A DNA stretch of 64,000 bases, from NCBI GenBank assembly GCA_016839765.1, contig JAEOTP010000043.1, positions 4,345-68,344 of the forward strand, written 5' to 3'. Numbering within the stretch: position 1 is the stretch's first letter; every line of letters begins with the position of its first letter. The DNA comes from Promethearchaeota archaeon. Lineage in GTDB: Archaea; Asgardarchaeota; Lokiarchaeia; Sigyniarchaeales; SOKP01. Below are positions 49,577 to 60,115 of the stretch, piece after piece. The position numbers and the translations under genes were made by a program. Under the pieces are notes generated by a model, which had not been told where the DNA came from, made no database searches, and worked only from the letters and a program-made list of their open reading frames with translations.

Positions 49577-51571
49577 CTATAAATTAAGTGCTTTAAAGAA
49601 CGAGGGTAAGGAGTATATTATTTCACAACCATTTTTACCTAAAACTTCAATTATCGCACGTATTAAGAAACTATCTTTTAACTCATCTGTGGGATTATAT
49701 ATTTTGACTTTTGCATTTGATTTTAATTTTAAAGAATAATTTTCGGCAATTCCAGTAAGATTATCATCAGTTCTTACAATTATCCCTAATAACCCTAACT
49801 CATAATGAGATACAATGAATAAATATTGAATCTCCTTTTCAGTATCTAGTTTTTCAAAATGAACAACTTCCAAATAATCTTCTTGAAGCTCTTTAGGTAA
49901 TTTAAGGAATTGTATATGTGTTTTTTTTCCAGATATGTATGGAAAGGGAGTGTAGAATAAAATGTTAAAGCTTGAAATTTTTTTAATCTGTTCATTATAC
50001 TTCTCAATGTTTTTCACGGAATAAGCTTTGTCTAATAATAAATCCAATTTATCAACCATCATGTCTTCTGCTGAATATCCGTTCACTACGGTTGCAATAT
50101 ATGCTCTTTTTAATTTTTCAATCAGAATGTCACTTCTAACTTTCAGTTTATAATCAATACTAATTTCTAAAGCTTCATTATAAAGGTTTGCAGCAAGTTG
50201 CGAATGACCCAGGGCTAGGAAATAATCTCCCAATTCACCAAAAACGATTATTGCATCTAAAAAGTTTTTTTCAAAATCCATATTTGAAACTTCTTCCATT
50301 ATTCCCATCGCAGTTTTAGTCTCCTTTCCTTGAATATATAATGCAATAGCTTTACCTATTAGACATTTCAATTTTAGTTTATCATCCTTATAAATATCTG
50401 CTAGTTCTTCAGTAAAATTATAAGCCATAATTGCATTATCGTAAAGTCCATGAAACAGTAGGATAAGTGCTTTAACATAATTTAGAGTTAAGCATGTTTG
50501 GTGATTATGTATTATGGTTGAGAATAATGCAGCTCTTTCAAGTGAATCTATAGCCGTGTTAACTCTTCCTAAGGAGACTAAAATAAAAGCCCGTAAAAAC
50601 TCCATCTTAGATATCTCAGAGCAAATGAGAGATTCTACAATCTCATAACTTCTTAGTTTAGTTAATTCCCCCGCTGCTAACTGTAATAATGAAATTAAAA
50701 ATCTATTACCTTTTTTTAAAAGCTTAGCAGCCTCATTAGATTCATTTTTAACAATAGATTCACGCGCTCTCTTAAGATATTCTCTTGAAATCTTTAAATT
50801 TTCTAAAAAATTTTGAATTTCATGAATTTTTTCTTCCTCACTCAAAGGTAATTTTTGATCTTCAATAAATTTTTCTGCAATAGCGATTTCTTGAGGATAT
50901 TTGCTAACTCCGATTTCAAATTTCATTTGTTCCTCTCTTTTATCAAGAGAATGAACGTCTTGAGTTAATATAGAGTCTTGAGTAACATTTATAGCTTTTT
51001 CGATTAACCATTGTATTTTCTGTTCAGCAGGGTAAACATGGGCTCGTTCTATCATATAATGTAAAGTATAATTCAAACTTTTTCTCCATAAAGTCTTAAA
51101 ATAATTTCTCATTTGTTTATTCGGTATTGTCCTATTGATTTTAAGGAGAAAGCTTGAAAGAGATAAAATATTGACTTTATTTTTCAAGATAGATGCCGTA
51201 TTTTTTGCTAATTTAAAATCATCTGTAACTATATGTATAGTCGAATCGTCATCCATCAATCTTTCACTCAAAGCTATTAATGACAAATCAGGATCTTGAG
51301 CAGGGAACTTGATGTTCGATTTGTTTAACTCGTCCTTTATCATCTGAATTTCGGATCGCAAAATTTTTTCAATATTTATAAAAGCTTTAAATCTTTCTTT
51401 AAAAGTATGAGGTGCTTTAATCTCGTTAAATACCCTTTCGGAAATATAATAATCAAGTCCTAATTCCTTTCCTGCATGGTCTAAATTTTTCAAAAAGTTC
51501 TTAGCTCTGATTGAGATGGCACAAATAAAAAAATTAGCATCGAAGACGATCCTTTCTTTTGTTTCAACCAT
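49577..51571 (-). CDS. PIN-domain ribonuclease fused to TPR-like repeats
   Basis: IVFDANFFI, ISERVFNEI, DPDLSLIAL, IVTDDFKL acidic PIN tetrad; helical repeats such as ELGDYFLALGHSQLAANLYNEALEI. Confidence 0.75.
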   Translation of the reverse strand: MVETKERIVFDANFFICAISIRAKNFLKNLDHAGKELGLDYYISERVFNEIKAPHTFKERFKAFINIEKILRSEIQMIKDELNKSNIKFPAQDPDLSLIALSERLMDDDSTIHIVTDDFKLAKNTASILKNKVNILSLSSFLLKINRTIPNKQMRNYFKTLWRKSLNYTLHYMIERAHVYPAEQKIQWLIEKAINVTQDSILTQDVHSLDKREEQMKFEIGVSKYPQEIAIAEKFIEDQKLPLSEEEKIHEIQNFLENLKISREYLKRARESIVKNESNEAAKLLKKGNRFLISLLQLAAGELTKLRSYEIVESLICSEISKMEFLRAFILVSLGRVNTAIDSLERAALFSTIIHNHQTCLTLNYVKALILLFHGLYDNAIMAYNFTEELADIYKDDKLKLKCLIGKAIALYIQGKETKTAMGIMEEVSNMDFEKNFLDAIIVFGELGDYFLALGHSQLAANLYNEALEISIDYKLKVRSDILIEKLKRAYIATVVNGYSAEDMMVDKLDLLLDKAYSVKNIEKYNEQIKKISSFNILFYTPFPYISGKKTHIQFLKLPKELQEDYLEVVHFEKLDTEKEIQYLFIVSHYELGLLGIIVRTDDNLTGIAENYSLKLKSNAKVKIYNPTDELKDSFLIRAIIEVLGKNGCEIIYSLPSFFKALNL

Positions 51572-51765
51572 AATTTAAAATTTTCAACAAATAATTTTTA
51601 CTAAATTCATGAAAAAAAATTTTAACAATTATATTATAGATTAATTGTTTATATTGTTTTATTATGATTATTGAGGCTTCAATTTTTTTAGAACTGGAAA
51701 ATTAAAAAATGAGAATTAATTGAATGGATTATCTTTTGATACTTAATATAATTATGTGAATTTTA

Positions 51766-52269
51766 ATGAAAATTATAAGTGTTATTGGTTATTCTGGAAC
51801 TGGCAAAACTTTCTTAATAGTAAAGGCCATTATTTTATTAAAGCAACAGTTAAACTATAACTGTTCAGTAATTAAAAATATTCATGAGCATAGAATAGAT
51901 ACACAGGGAAAAGATTCATATAAATTTACCGATGTTGGTGCTCAATATTCTATATCTAGAAATAAATTCAATGAAAATGTTATCTTCATTAAAAAGGATA
52001 TTGAAATTCATAATATAATTGAATGGGTTGATGATGGTCCGTTAAAAACAGATGTATTATTCATTGAAGGATTTAGAAATTTATCTTTTCCAACAATACT
52101 TTGTATAAATGATTTATCAGAAATCAAACCTCAGTTAACTAATCAGGTTAAAATGATATCTGGTTTAATTACAACTAAACCAAGCGAACTTCAGGAAGAA
52201 AAAGGGATTCCAATAATAGATATTCATAAGGAATTTGACAAATTTCTGAATATTTTTAAATTAATATAG
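51766..52269 (+). CDS. mobB: Molybdopterin-guanine dinucleotide biosynthesis protein B
   Basis: IISVIGYSGTGKT, IKNIH, DTQGKDSYKF..GA, DVLFIEGFR. Confidence 0.88.
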   Translation: MKIISVIGYSGTGKTFLIVKAIILLKQQLNYNCSVIKNIHEHRIDTQGKDSYKFTDVGAQYSISRNKFNENVIFIKKDIEIHNIIEWVDDGPLKTDVLFIEGFRNLSFPTILCINDLSEIKPQLTNQVKMISGLITTKPSELQEEKGIPIIDIHKEFDKFLNIFKLI

Positions 52270-52293
52270 TATTGTAAAAGGTAAAGGGAAGAT

Positions 52294-54231
52294 CTAGGAT
52301 TTATGCCAATAAGGTGTAAGTTGTTGACACATTAGTTTGAAGTTTTCTTTTACATCCTTATTCTTATTAGAAATTTGGTCTAAAAAATATTTGTTTAATT
52401 TAGAATAAATCTCATTTTTATCTTTTGGATTTTTAATTAATAATCTAATTTCAGATATAAAGTCATTTAATGGGGAAATAAGCTCATTTATTAACCATTC
52501 TTCAAATGTAATTTGATCTTTGTAGGATATGAAATTGTAAGTTATAACAAATCTAGCGATATCCGTAAAATTATAAAATTTTTCGTCGAATTTTGATGAA
52601 TGAACTTCAACTTTATATGACTTTAAATCTTCCATTAAGTAATTTCTATTCATACTAATAATATAATCTGGCCAAACATCATCTGATACGTTTAGATCCT
52701 GGAAAATGAATAATTCTAATACTCTTAAAGCGATATTTTTACCAATATATCTACTTCGAGGGTCAATAAAATTTTTAGATGCTTGGTTTGGATTAGTTTT
52801 AATGAATATTTTATCAATTAATGTATATAACATACGACAAACGTGATCTATTATAATTGTGAATGAAAAAGGTTTATTTCCAGGATTTTCTGCTATTGAT
52901 TTATTTTCTTGATCGATTAATGATAAAATCCTCAAATTTAAACTCCTAAGGAAGGTTTTAAAAAACTCATAATTTAAATGATTAATTTGTTTATGGAAAA
53001 TTTTCTCAAAAAGTAGATCAAAATTATCAAAATTAGAAATGATTGAAAAGTAATCTAGAAAAACTTCAATGTCTTTAATAGCAGATGCATTAATTAGGTT
53101 TTTTAATTTTTTATTGCTTTGATTCAATTTTGATTTAAATTCTTTGGGTAAAAATAGCAAATCACCAACTTCAAACGCTTCTAAACTTCCACTACCAAAA
53201 TAATACTTCATATATAGTAAGAATAAATTAAATTGCGATTTCACCGATGGTAAATTATTCGCTTGAAAGGTGGAATATAAAGTGGATTTTTTATCAATAA
53301 AGTCGAATATTTTAATAAGAGCATTCTTCTTTTCTTCTGTGTAATTAAAATTCGCTAAAAAATCTCTTTTTATAACATCAATTTTTGAAAAAACTGAATC
53401 TTCAACACGCGCACAAACGAAATTTAAGAAATCTAATAATGGAGAAAAATTTTGTAATAAATTACATTTTTTATAAAAATAATATAATAAATCTACCAAT
53501 TTCTCTTTAGCAAATGGATATTCTTCCAAAGCAATTTGATATAGTCTTTCTCTTCCTTGTAATAATCTCTCATAATATTCATCTGGGATCCCTTTAAAAT
53601 GTTTTAGAAAGTAATAAAGAAACATATAGTAATAACTTTCGAACATTTCATCATGGCTGTTCTTAATCACAATTAAAAAGTTGATAGTATTATTAACTTC
53701 ACCATTTTTTATTACAGCCCCATCCAGGATTATATGAAACTTTTCTTGGAGTAGTTTTCTTAAAACAACTCCTAGTATTGAAACAATCAAATAAATATAT
53801 CCGAAAGGTGAGGTTATACCATTGATATTGTTATTAGTTTTTCTCTTGAATTCATTAAAGTATTCTAGTTCTTCATTTGACAAAGAATAATTATATTCCA
53901 GAAATACAGTATCTTCTGATATTTTTTCTTTAATTACTAAATCTAAAGAATTGATATTAAAACCACAAAAATTTAGTAAAAAATACTTAAAATACTCATG
54001 AAACTTTTGATAAAAAAATGAACTATATGTTTTGGTAATAATTCTTCTCTGATTCTTTATTCTAAACTCGTCCCATTCCGATTTGATTTCTTGTTTAAAT
54101 TTGTTAAATTTATCTTCATTTTGGTTTAAAATGTCAAAAAAAATGTTTGAAGTGAGTTTAAGAGTAAATCTATCTCCCTTAAAATTTTCCCTTATTAATT
54201 CTAAAATATTACTTAATTCTATATTTTCCAA
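52294..54231 (-). CDS. Hypothetical protein (645 aa, helical)
   Basis: Long ORF; no family recognised. Confidence 0.7.
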   Translation of the reverse strand: MENIELSNILELIRENFKGDRFTLKLTSNIFFDILNQNEDKFNKFKQEIKSEWDEFRIKNQRRIITKTYSSFFYQKFHEYFKYFLLNFCGFNINSLDLVIKEKISEDTVFLEYNYSLSNEELEYFNEFKRKTNNNINGITSPFGYIYLIVSILGVVLRKLLQEKFHIILDGAVIKNGEVNNTINFLIVIKNSHDEMFESYYYMFLYYFLKHFKGIPDEYYERLLQGRERLYQIALEEYPFAKEKLVDLLYYFYKKCNLLQNFSPLLDFLNFVCARVEDSVFSKIDVIKRDFLANFNYTEEKKNALIKIFDFIDKKSTLYSTFQANNLPSVKSQFNLFLLYMKYYFGSGSLEAFEVGDLLFLPKEFKSKLNQSNKKLKNLINASAIKDIEVFLDYFSIISNFDNFDLLFEKIFHKQINHLNYEFFKTFLRSLNLRILSLIDQENKSIAENPGNKPFSFTIIIDHVCRMLYTLIDKIFIKTNPNQASKNFIDPRSRYIGKNIALRVLELFIFQDLNVSDDVWPDYIISMNRNYLMEDLKSYKVEVHSSKFDEKFYNFTDIARFVITYNFISYKDQITFEEWLINELISPLNDFISEIRLLIKNPKDKNEIYSKLNKYFLDQISNKNKDVKENFKLMCQQLTPYWHKS

Positions 54232-54510
54232 ATTTACCCCAATTCAAACTTAAAATAATAACGCTATTATCTAATAACCCTTAATAATATACCAAAGGTA
54301 TATAAATACAATGAAAATTAGGAAATAAAAATGTTAACTTCGTAATTAAAGTTTCACGAAATTTCTATTTAGAGGTGTTTTTTAGGCGATTTATACTAAT
54401 AACATAAGTGGTGCATTGTTTAATTACAGAAGGAGTGAACATTTAATTAATTTTAATTATTACTTCATAGAAATAGATAGATCATTAAAGAAATAAACGG
54501 ATACTTGTTT

Positions 54511-55551
54511 TTAATTAAAGATTTTTGTTATTTCATCAATTTCAGAATAAGTAAAGGGTTTTTTGATCCCTTCTTTATCTATAATTACGTTTTTTTGATT
54601 CTCAGTGGTAAATTTGCCAATAATTTCAGCCGTTACCTTTTTTTTTTTTAAAAATTCAACTAAATCCAATGCATATTCATTTTTAATTGAAATAAGTAGT
54701 GATCCAGAAGATATAGTACCCATTGGGTTTAAATTAAATACTTTACTTAACTCTAATGGCTCTGGTAAAATTAATATTTTTTCTTTTTCCACTAAAACTC
54801 CTTTATTTGATGCAATAGTCAGTTCGGCAATACCTGTAGAAAGACCTCCTTCTGTAGGATCGTGCATTGCATTTATTTTAAAGTTTTTATTAGCTAAAAG
54901 GGCTTCATTAAAAATACTAATACCAGGATTAAATAGGTAATTTTTGCATTTATCTATGAAATTTTTATTATATCCCTTCTGTAATAAAAGATCTTCTTTT
55001 TCTCTCCCAATGATCGAAGTTCCTTCAATAAAAATGCCTTTTGTTAAAATTAGTGAATCATTTGGTAATACACCAGAAGATTTTACTAATTTTTCTTTTT
55101 CAACCTCTCCCAACAAGGATCCTATTACAATTGGCCTGTCAATTCCAACGGTCACCTCAGTATGGCCTCCTATCACTGATATATCTAATGAATCACATGT
55201 ATCATGAATACTTTTGAAAATTTCCTCTATTAATTCTTCGTTAGTTCTTTTTTCTGGTAATAAAATAGTTGATTGAAACCATTTGGGGGTAGCTCCAGTG
55301 CATACTACATCATTAACATTAATAATTACAGAATAATAACCTATCTCGTCTGTAGCAAAAGTAATAGGATCAGTTTTTGCAACTAGATATATATCTCCCA
55401 TATCAATAACAGCTGCGTCTTCACCAATTTTAGAGCCTAAAATTATCCTTTTATCTTTATTTTCAAAATCTGTAACAAAATCCTTAAGGATATTATTCAA
55501 GAATTTATGTTTTATTTTTCCAATGCTAAAAAATCTATTAGTTTTTTCCAT
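54511..55551 (-). CDS. AIR synthase-related protein (HypE/ThiL/PurM superfamily)
   Basis: GEDAAVID, KTDPIT, NVNDV...GATP, IGGHTEVT, MHDPTEGGL, ISSGSLLI. Confidence 0.85.
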   Translation of the reverse strand: MEKTNRFFSIGKIKHKFLNNILKDFVTDFENKDKRIILGSKIGEDAAVIDMGDIYLVAKTDPITFATDEIGYYSVIINVNDVVCTGATPKWFQSTILLPEKRTNEELIEEIFKSIHDTCDSLDISVIGGHTEVTVGIDRPIVIGSLLGEVEKEKLVKSSGVLPNDSLILTKGIFIEGTSIIGREKEDLLLQKGYNKNFIDKCKNYLFNPGISIFNEALLANKNFKINAMHDPTEGGLSTGIAELTIASNKGVLVEKEKILILPEPLELSKVFNLNPMGTISSGSLLISIKNEYALDLVEFLKKKKVTAEIIGKFTTENQKNVIIDKEGIKKPFTYSEIDEITKIFN

Positions 55552-55695
55552 TTATTTACAACTCTTATAAGAAGGGAAGGAGAGTTTTTTTATTGAATAG
55601 GTTTAAATTATTATTCTAATCAAACAGTTAGATACAATATTTAGAATTAAGTAAAAACAATATTTGGTCTTAAATAAATTTAAATACTTATAAAA

Positions 55696-56265
55696 TTGTA
55701 TTTATACATAAATTCATTTATAAAGCTTATAAAGAGACTGACAAAAATGGGTTTTGGTAAAGCATTCGGATTTAGTTTACTAGCATATATAGGTTTAAAT
55801 TTTCTATTTTTAATAATTGCTTATACTATAAGTGGAGAGCTAAATTTACTTTTTCAAGCTATTTCAAATCAACCACTAATACTTTTTGGATTGTTTTTAG
55901 GACCAATATATTTTTTCCCAGGATTAAATATATTGGGAATTTATTCATCAATCGCAATAGGATCAACACCAGACGTACTAATCCTTGCTATTGGATCTGT
56001 GGTTTCTCCTTTTGTAGCATCGCTTATTGCCGGTAAAATGGGAGAAAATAAAGTTGGAAGTTTTGGAGGTTGGTTCGCCACAAGTATTCTCTGTTCAATA
56101 ATTCTTGGAATATTTGCCTTTGTAGAACCGTTAGTATTAATCTCTTATGGCATCCCCTTTATAGATCCAACATCAACTTTTATAATATCTATAATGAGCG
56201 GAGCTGTAAGTGGAGTATTTTATGGCGCTTTTGCATTATTATTTACAAAAACAGAATATTTTTAA
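55696..56265 (+). CDS. Hypothetical multi-pass membrane protein
   Basis: About five hydrophobic helices; true start probably the internal MGFGKAF. Confidence 0.65.
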   Translation: MYLYINSFIKLIKRLTKMGFGKAFGFSLLAYIGLNFLFLIIAYTISGELNLLFQAISNQPLILFGLFLGPIYFFPGLNILGIYSSIAIGSTPDVLILAIGSVVSPFVASLIAGKMGENKVGSFGGWFATSILCSIILGIFAFVEPLVLISYGIPFIDPTSTFIISIMSGAVSGVFYGAFALLFTKTEYF

Positions 56266-56668
56266 TTTTTTTTAATTCTTATTATTTTTTCTTTTTCTAG
56301 AAGTCTGAAAAATATTCAATAAATTAGTACTTTTTAGTAAATTGCTAAAAATTTCTTTTAAATTTCTCTATTTTAAAAAATTATGCTAGTTTTTATAGAG
56401 ATTTTTAAGAGTATAAGAAATACCACGAATCTATTATTTTAAATATTATTATATCAAATGATATTAACTGGTTAACATTCATTACGTTGTGAAATTAATA
56501 TAAGATTAACAATAGTATATGTAAAATTCGACTAATTTACTTTGAAATACAATGATTTTGAGAAAAATAATTGATAATTTATGCGACAAAATTTCAGAAA
56601 TCATTTTTTACATTATAAAAGTCTACTAAAGGCAATTTTTATATGATAATAATAAGTGATAAAAAGAT

Positions 56669-56947
56669 ATGAGCTCAGGGAAAATTCTCAATACTTACCA
56701 ATTTAAAGTGAGTAATAAATTTGACTTAAGTTCAGATTTTATTTATAAGGAAGAAAATTTGATTAGTAATCCTCTGGTTCTTGAACCATACATTAATAGT
56801 CTGGAGAATATTCTTTATAGAATAATTGAGATTCACTTTTTATTAAAGACTAATCCAAACTTATCTAATAATCAAAGATTAGATTATTGTAAAGCTGAAA
56901 GGAACTTAATGATCCAATATTTAAAAGAAGTTGTAAAAAAGGTTTAA
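56669..56947 (+). CDS. Hypothetical protein
   Basis: 92-aa ORF preceded by SD-like AAGTGA. Confidence 0.5.
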   Translation: MSSGKILNTYQFKVSNKFDLSSDFIYKEENLISNPLVLEPYINSLENILYRIIEIHFLLKTNPNLSNNQRLDYCKAERNLMIQYLKEVVKKV

Positions 56948-56951
56948 ATAC

Positions 56952-58394
56952 CTAATCAATTTCAAAATTATGAAATTTTAAATAGTCTATATAGTTACAA
57001 TATAAAGATAAACTAATGGCAGCATCTCTTAAAGAAAAGTAATAAAGAATTCGTTCCTCATGTAATACTTTTTTAGTGGATGAAAATCTTTGTGACAATT
57101 CAAGGGAATCTGCTATGCTTGGTAAACATATTGCAAAAGGTTTATCTGTTGTTTTTTTTACCTTCACCAATCTTTTAAACACATGATTATAGATAAAATG
57201 TTGCCATAAAGGTATTATTAAAATATCAATATTAGGATCCGCTTTAACTATTTCAATACATTCTATAAATACTTCCACTACGAAACCAAGAGCTCCTAAA
57301 TCTACTGGATTTCTTATGTTTACATTCTCATATGGAAGTATATTACTGAGTTTTTCTTGCGAAGTTTGAGTTAATTCGGGCACTCTTAAATTATGGGATG
57401 AAAATAAATCTGTGGAATTTACTGAATTGCCTCCACCAGGAGTAATAATTCCAATATTTCTCCCATTAGGAATGTGTTTGTGATATAATAATTCAAAAGT
57501 TTTTATTGCATTCCAAAATTGTTCATTATCCTTAACTAAAGTCGCACCTGTCTGTTTAGCCATTGAATTCCAAAATCTCAAATCGCTTGCAATCGCACCT
57601 GTATGGGAAAAAGTTGCACGAGAACCATCTTTCGTATATCCTCCTTTCCATATAATTACAGGTTTTTTTATTGTTGTTTTTTTTAATTCTTCAAAAAAAA
57701 TGTGCCCGTTACCTGAACCAAAAGACTCTAAGTATGCAGCTATGACTTTAGTTTTAATATCTGAACTATAATGTTTAATGAAATCAATACAATTCAAATC
57801 TATTTGATTGCCGAATGAAACCCCATATCTAAGTCTCATATCTCTTTTAGAACTAGCTTCTATTAATTGATTTAAATGACCTCCCGATTGAGACATAAAT
57901 GATATAGATCCAGGAACTACAAAAGGAGTGCTAAATGAGAATGCCATTCCTGTATCTGCGTTATAAGGCCCTAAACAATTAGGGCCAATAATCCGGGTTT
58001 CAGATCCATTAATTATATCTTTTATTTCTTGTTCTAATTGTAACCCTTCAAAATCACCTGTTTCTGAAAATCCTGATGAAAAGATAATTACCCATGCAAC
58101 TTTTTTCTCAACACATTCTTTTAAAACCTTAGGGATGATTTTTGTTTTTACAGAAATATATACGGTATCAATGGGATAAGGTATATCTAATATTGAAGCA
58201 TAACATTTCCAATCTAGAATTTTATCATACTTTGGATTAACTGGGTAAAAGGTTGTCGTCCATTTTGATTCTTTAAAAACACTTAAATACAACATTGAAC
58301 CAAATTTGGAGTTTTCAGAGGCTCCAATAAAGGCTATATGCTTTGGGTAAAATAAGGTGTTAAATTTTTCAAAGTTGTATTCTGTTGAAACCAT
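56952..58394 (-). CDS. Acyl-CoA synthetase (NDP-forming) alpha subunit
   Basis: PKHIAFIGAS, YPVNP, SSGFSETG, RIIGPNCLG, SQSG, FGNQID, SHTGAIA phospho-His, NPVDL. Confidence 0.88.
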   Translation of the reverse strand: MVSTEYNFEKFNTLFYPKHIAFIGASENSKFGSMLYLSVFKESKWTTTFYPVNPKYDKILDWKCYASILDIPYPIDTVYISVKTKIIPKVLKECVEKKVAWVIIFSSGFSETGDFEGLQLEQEIKDIINGSETRIIGPNCLGPYNADTGMAFSFSTPFVVPGSISFMSQSGGHLNQLIEASSKRDMRLRYGVSFGNQIDLNCIDFIKHYSSDIKTKVIAAYLESFGSGNGHIFFEELKKTTIKKPVIIWKGGYTKDGSRATFSHTGAIASDLRFWNSMAKQTGATLVKDNEQFWNAIKTFELLYHKHIPNGRNIGIITPGGGNSVNSTDLFSSHNLRVPELTQTSQEKLSNILPYENVNIRNPVDLGALGFVVEVFIECIEIVKADPNIDILIIPLWQHFIYNHVFKRLVKVKKTTDKPFAICLPSIADSLELSQRFSSTKKVLHEERILYYFSLRDAAISLSLYCNYIDYLKFHNFEID

Positions 58395-58619
58395 TTAACT
58401 AGAAAAAATATCGAATAGTTAAATTCTTTTTGATAGAATTCAGATACAAGTTAAAATTCATCAATAGGAGGTTTTACTTTTCGAGTTAGTTTAATATTTT
58501 AACTTAATACTATTTAGGTTTTACATATTTATGTAAAAAACCAAATTTTTAATGTTAAATATAATTAGAGTACACATAATATTTCAAAATACAATAATTA
58601 AAAATAGTGAAGTTATAGA

Positions 58620-60077
58620 ATGGCAAGACCAAGCCCATTAGAAGTTTATGCCCTTCTTGATAAATCAAACTGTAAGGATTGCGGATACGATACTTGTATG
58701 GCATTTGCTACAGATTTACTCGAAAGAAAGATTAGGGTAAAAGATTGTACTCATTTAATTCAAGATCCTAAACAAGCAAAAAATCTTAATAAATTGATAA
58801 AAGTAGTAACTCCTCCTCAAAAACCCGTAATAATTGGTACAGGAGAGAGACAATGTGAGATTGGAGGTGAAGAAGTGTTAATGCGTCATCAACTCACATA
58901 TTATAATCCCACTGCCCTATTTTTAGAAATAGCTGATGAGGATCCTAATATAGAAGACACAGCAAAATATTTAACAGATTTAAAGATTGAAAGAATTGGT
59001 GATGTTTTAACTCTTGATGGTATTGCATTAAGATGTGTATCCGGGGATTCAGAACAATTTAAACTAGCTGCTAAAAAATTAACAGAAGCTTCAAACCTTC
59101 CAATTATGTTATGTTGCTTAGATCCGGATTTATTATTAGCAGCAGCTGGAGAAATTAAAGAAAAAAAACCTTTGTTATATGCTATTACAAAAGATTCTTG
59201 GGAAAAAATAGGAACTTTTGCAGTTCAAAATGGTTTGCCTGTAGTAGCAGTCTCAAATAATTTGGATGAATTAATATCTATCAGCGCTACATTGAAAAAA
59301 TTAGGGGTTAAGGAAATAGTTTTAGATCCTGGTACTTTTTACGGCCCAGGTAAATTAGCTTACACCTATGATAAAATAATGCAAATTAGAAAAGCAGCGA
59401 TAGATAATGAAGATGTTAATGCGGGATGGCCAGTAATGGGAGTACCTGCTGCATATTGGAGTCAAGTTAAAGTAGAAAGCGATAAAGACCTTTGGTTACA
59501 TCAATATCAAGAAGTAATTATGGGTGCAATCATGGAATCAATCGATACATCTTTAATCGTACTACATACAGGCCAGAAAAAAGAGGAAATCTGGGCTTTA
59601 TTAGCTCTGATGACTTTAAGACAATCTGTTTTCAGCGATCCTCGTGTGTATCCTGCTGTAGATCCGGGATTATATAAAATTGGAGAACCTGATGATATGG
59701 CACCTATTTTTGTCACTAGTAACTATCGGATGACGAAAATTCCTGTCGAACAAGATTTACAAGGCGCAAATCTCAATTGTTGGTTGCTAGTAGCTGATAC
59801 AGAAGGTATAGGAATTGAGAGTGCTGTAGCAGGAGGTCAATTTAACGCTGGTGGTATAGCAGAAGCTGTAAAGGAGTTTAAAGCCTTTGATAATGTAAAA
59901 CATAGAATATTAGTTCTTCCTGGTATGGCTGCAAGGTTAAGTGGAGCTTTAGAGGACGAAGCAGACGCTTTTGTCGTTGTGGGTCCAAGAGATTCGAGTG
60001 GTATACCAAAATTTATGGAAATTCAATGGAAACCCGAAGAATTCATGAAAGAATACGAATCCTGGTCAAAAGAATAA
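58620..60077 (+). CDS. cdhE: Acetyl-CoA decarbonylase/synthase gamma subunit (corrinoid Fe-S protein large subunit)
   Basis: NCKDCGYDTCMAFA...C Fe-S motif, IGGEEVLMRH, LRQSVFSDPR, P.FVTSNY, PGMAARLSG, VVGPRDSSGIP. Confidence 0.93.
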   Translation: MARPSPLEVYALLDKSNCKDCGYDTCMAFATDLLERKIRVKDCTHLIQDPKQAKNLNKLIKVVTPPQKPVIIGTGERQCEIGGEEVLMRHQLTYYNPTALFLEIADEDPNIEDTAKYLTDLKIERIGDVLTLDGIALRCVSGDSEQFKLAAKKLTEASNLPIMLCCLDPDLLLAAAGEIKEKKPLLYAITKDSWEKIGTFAVQNGLPVVAVSNNLDELISISATLKKLGVKEIVLDPGTFYGPGKLAYTYDKIMQIRKAAIDNEDVNAGWPVMGVPAAYWSQVKVESDKDLWLHQYQEVIMGAIMESIDTSLIVLHTGQKKEEIWALLALMTLRQSVFSDPRVYPAVDPGLYKIGEPDDMAPIFVTSNYRMTKIPVEQDLQGANLNCWLLVADTEGIGIESAVAGGQFNAGGIAEAVKEFKAFDNVKHRILVLPGMAARLSGALEDEADAFVVVGPRDSSGIPKFMEIQWKPEEFMKEYESWSKE

Positions 60078-60115
60078 AAATCTTTTTCCTTTTTTTATAT
60101 TTTTAAAAATTATAT

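Noticed and set aside
666-59716. Short overlapping or antisense ORFs in the track (e.g. 666, 1596, 2908, 3404, 3920, 4794, 8303, 14697, 15893, 16626, 19134, 20423, 21355, 23815, 26693, 27479, 29542, 29902, 31850, 32286, 32643, 32939, 34405, 35331, 36025, 38321, 39229, 39623, 43125, 45224, 54605, 54944, 56070, 59492, 59507)
   Set aside because: Shadows of well-supported genes on the other strand or frame, with no recognisable motifs.
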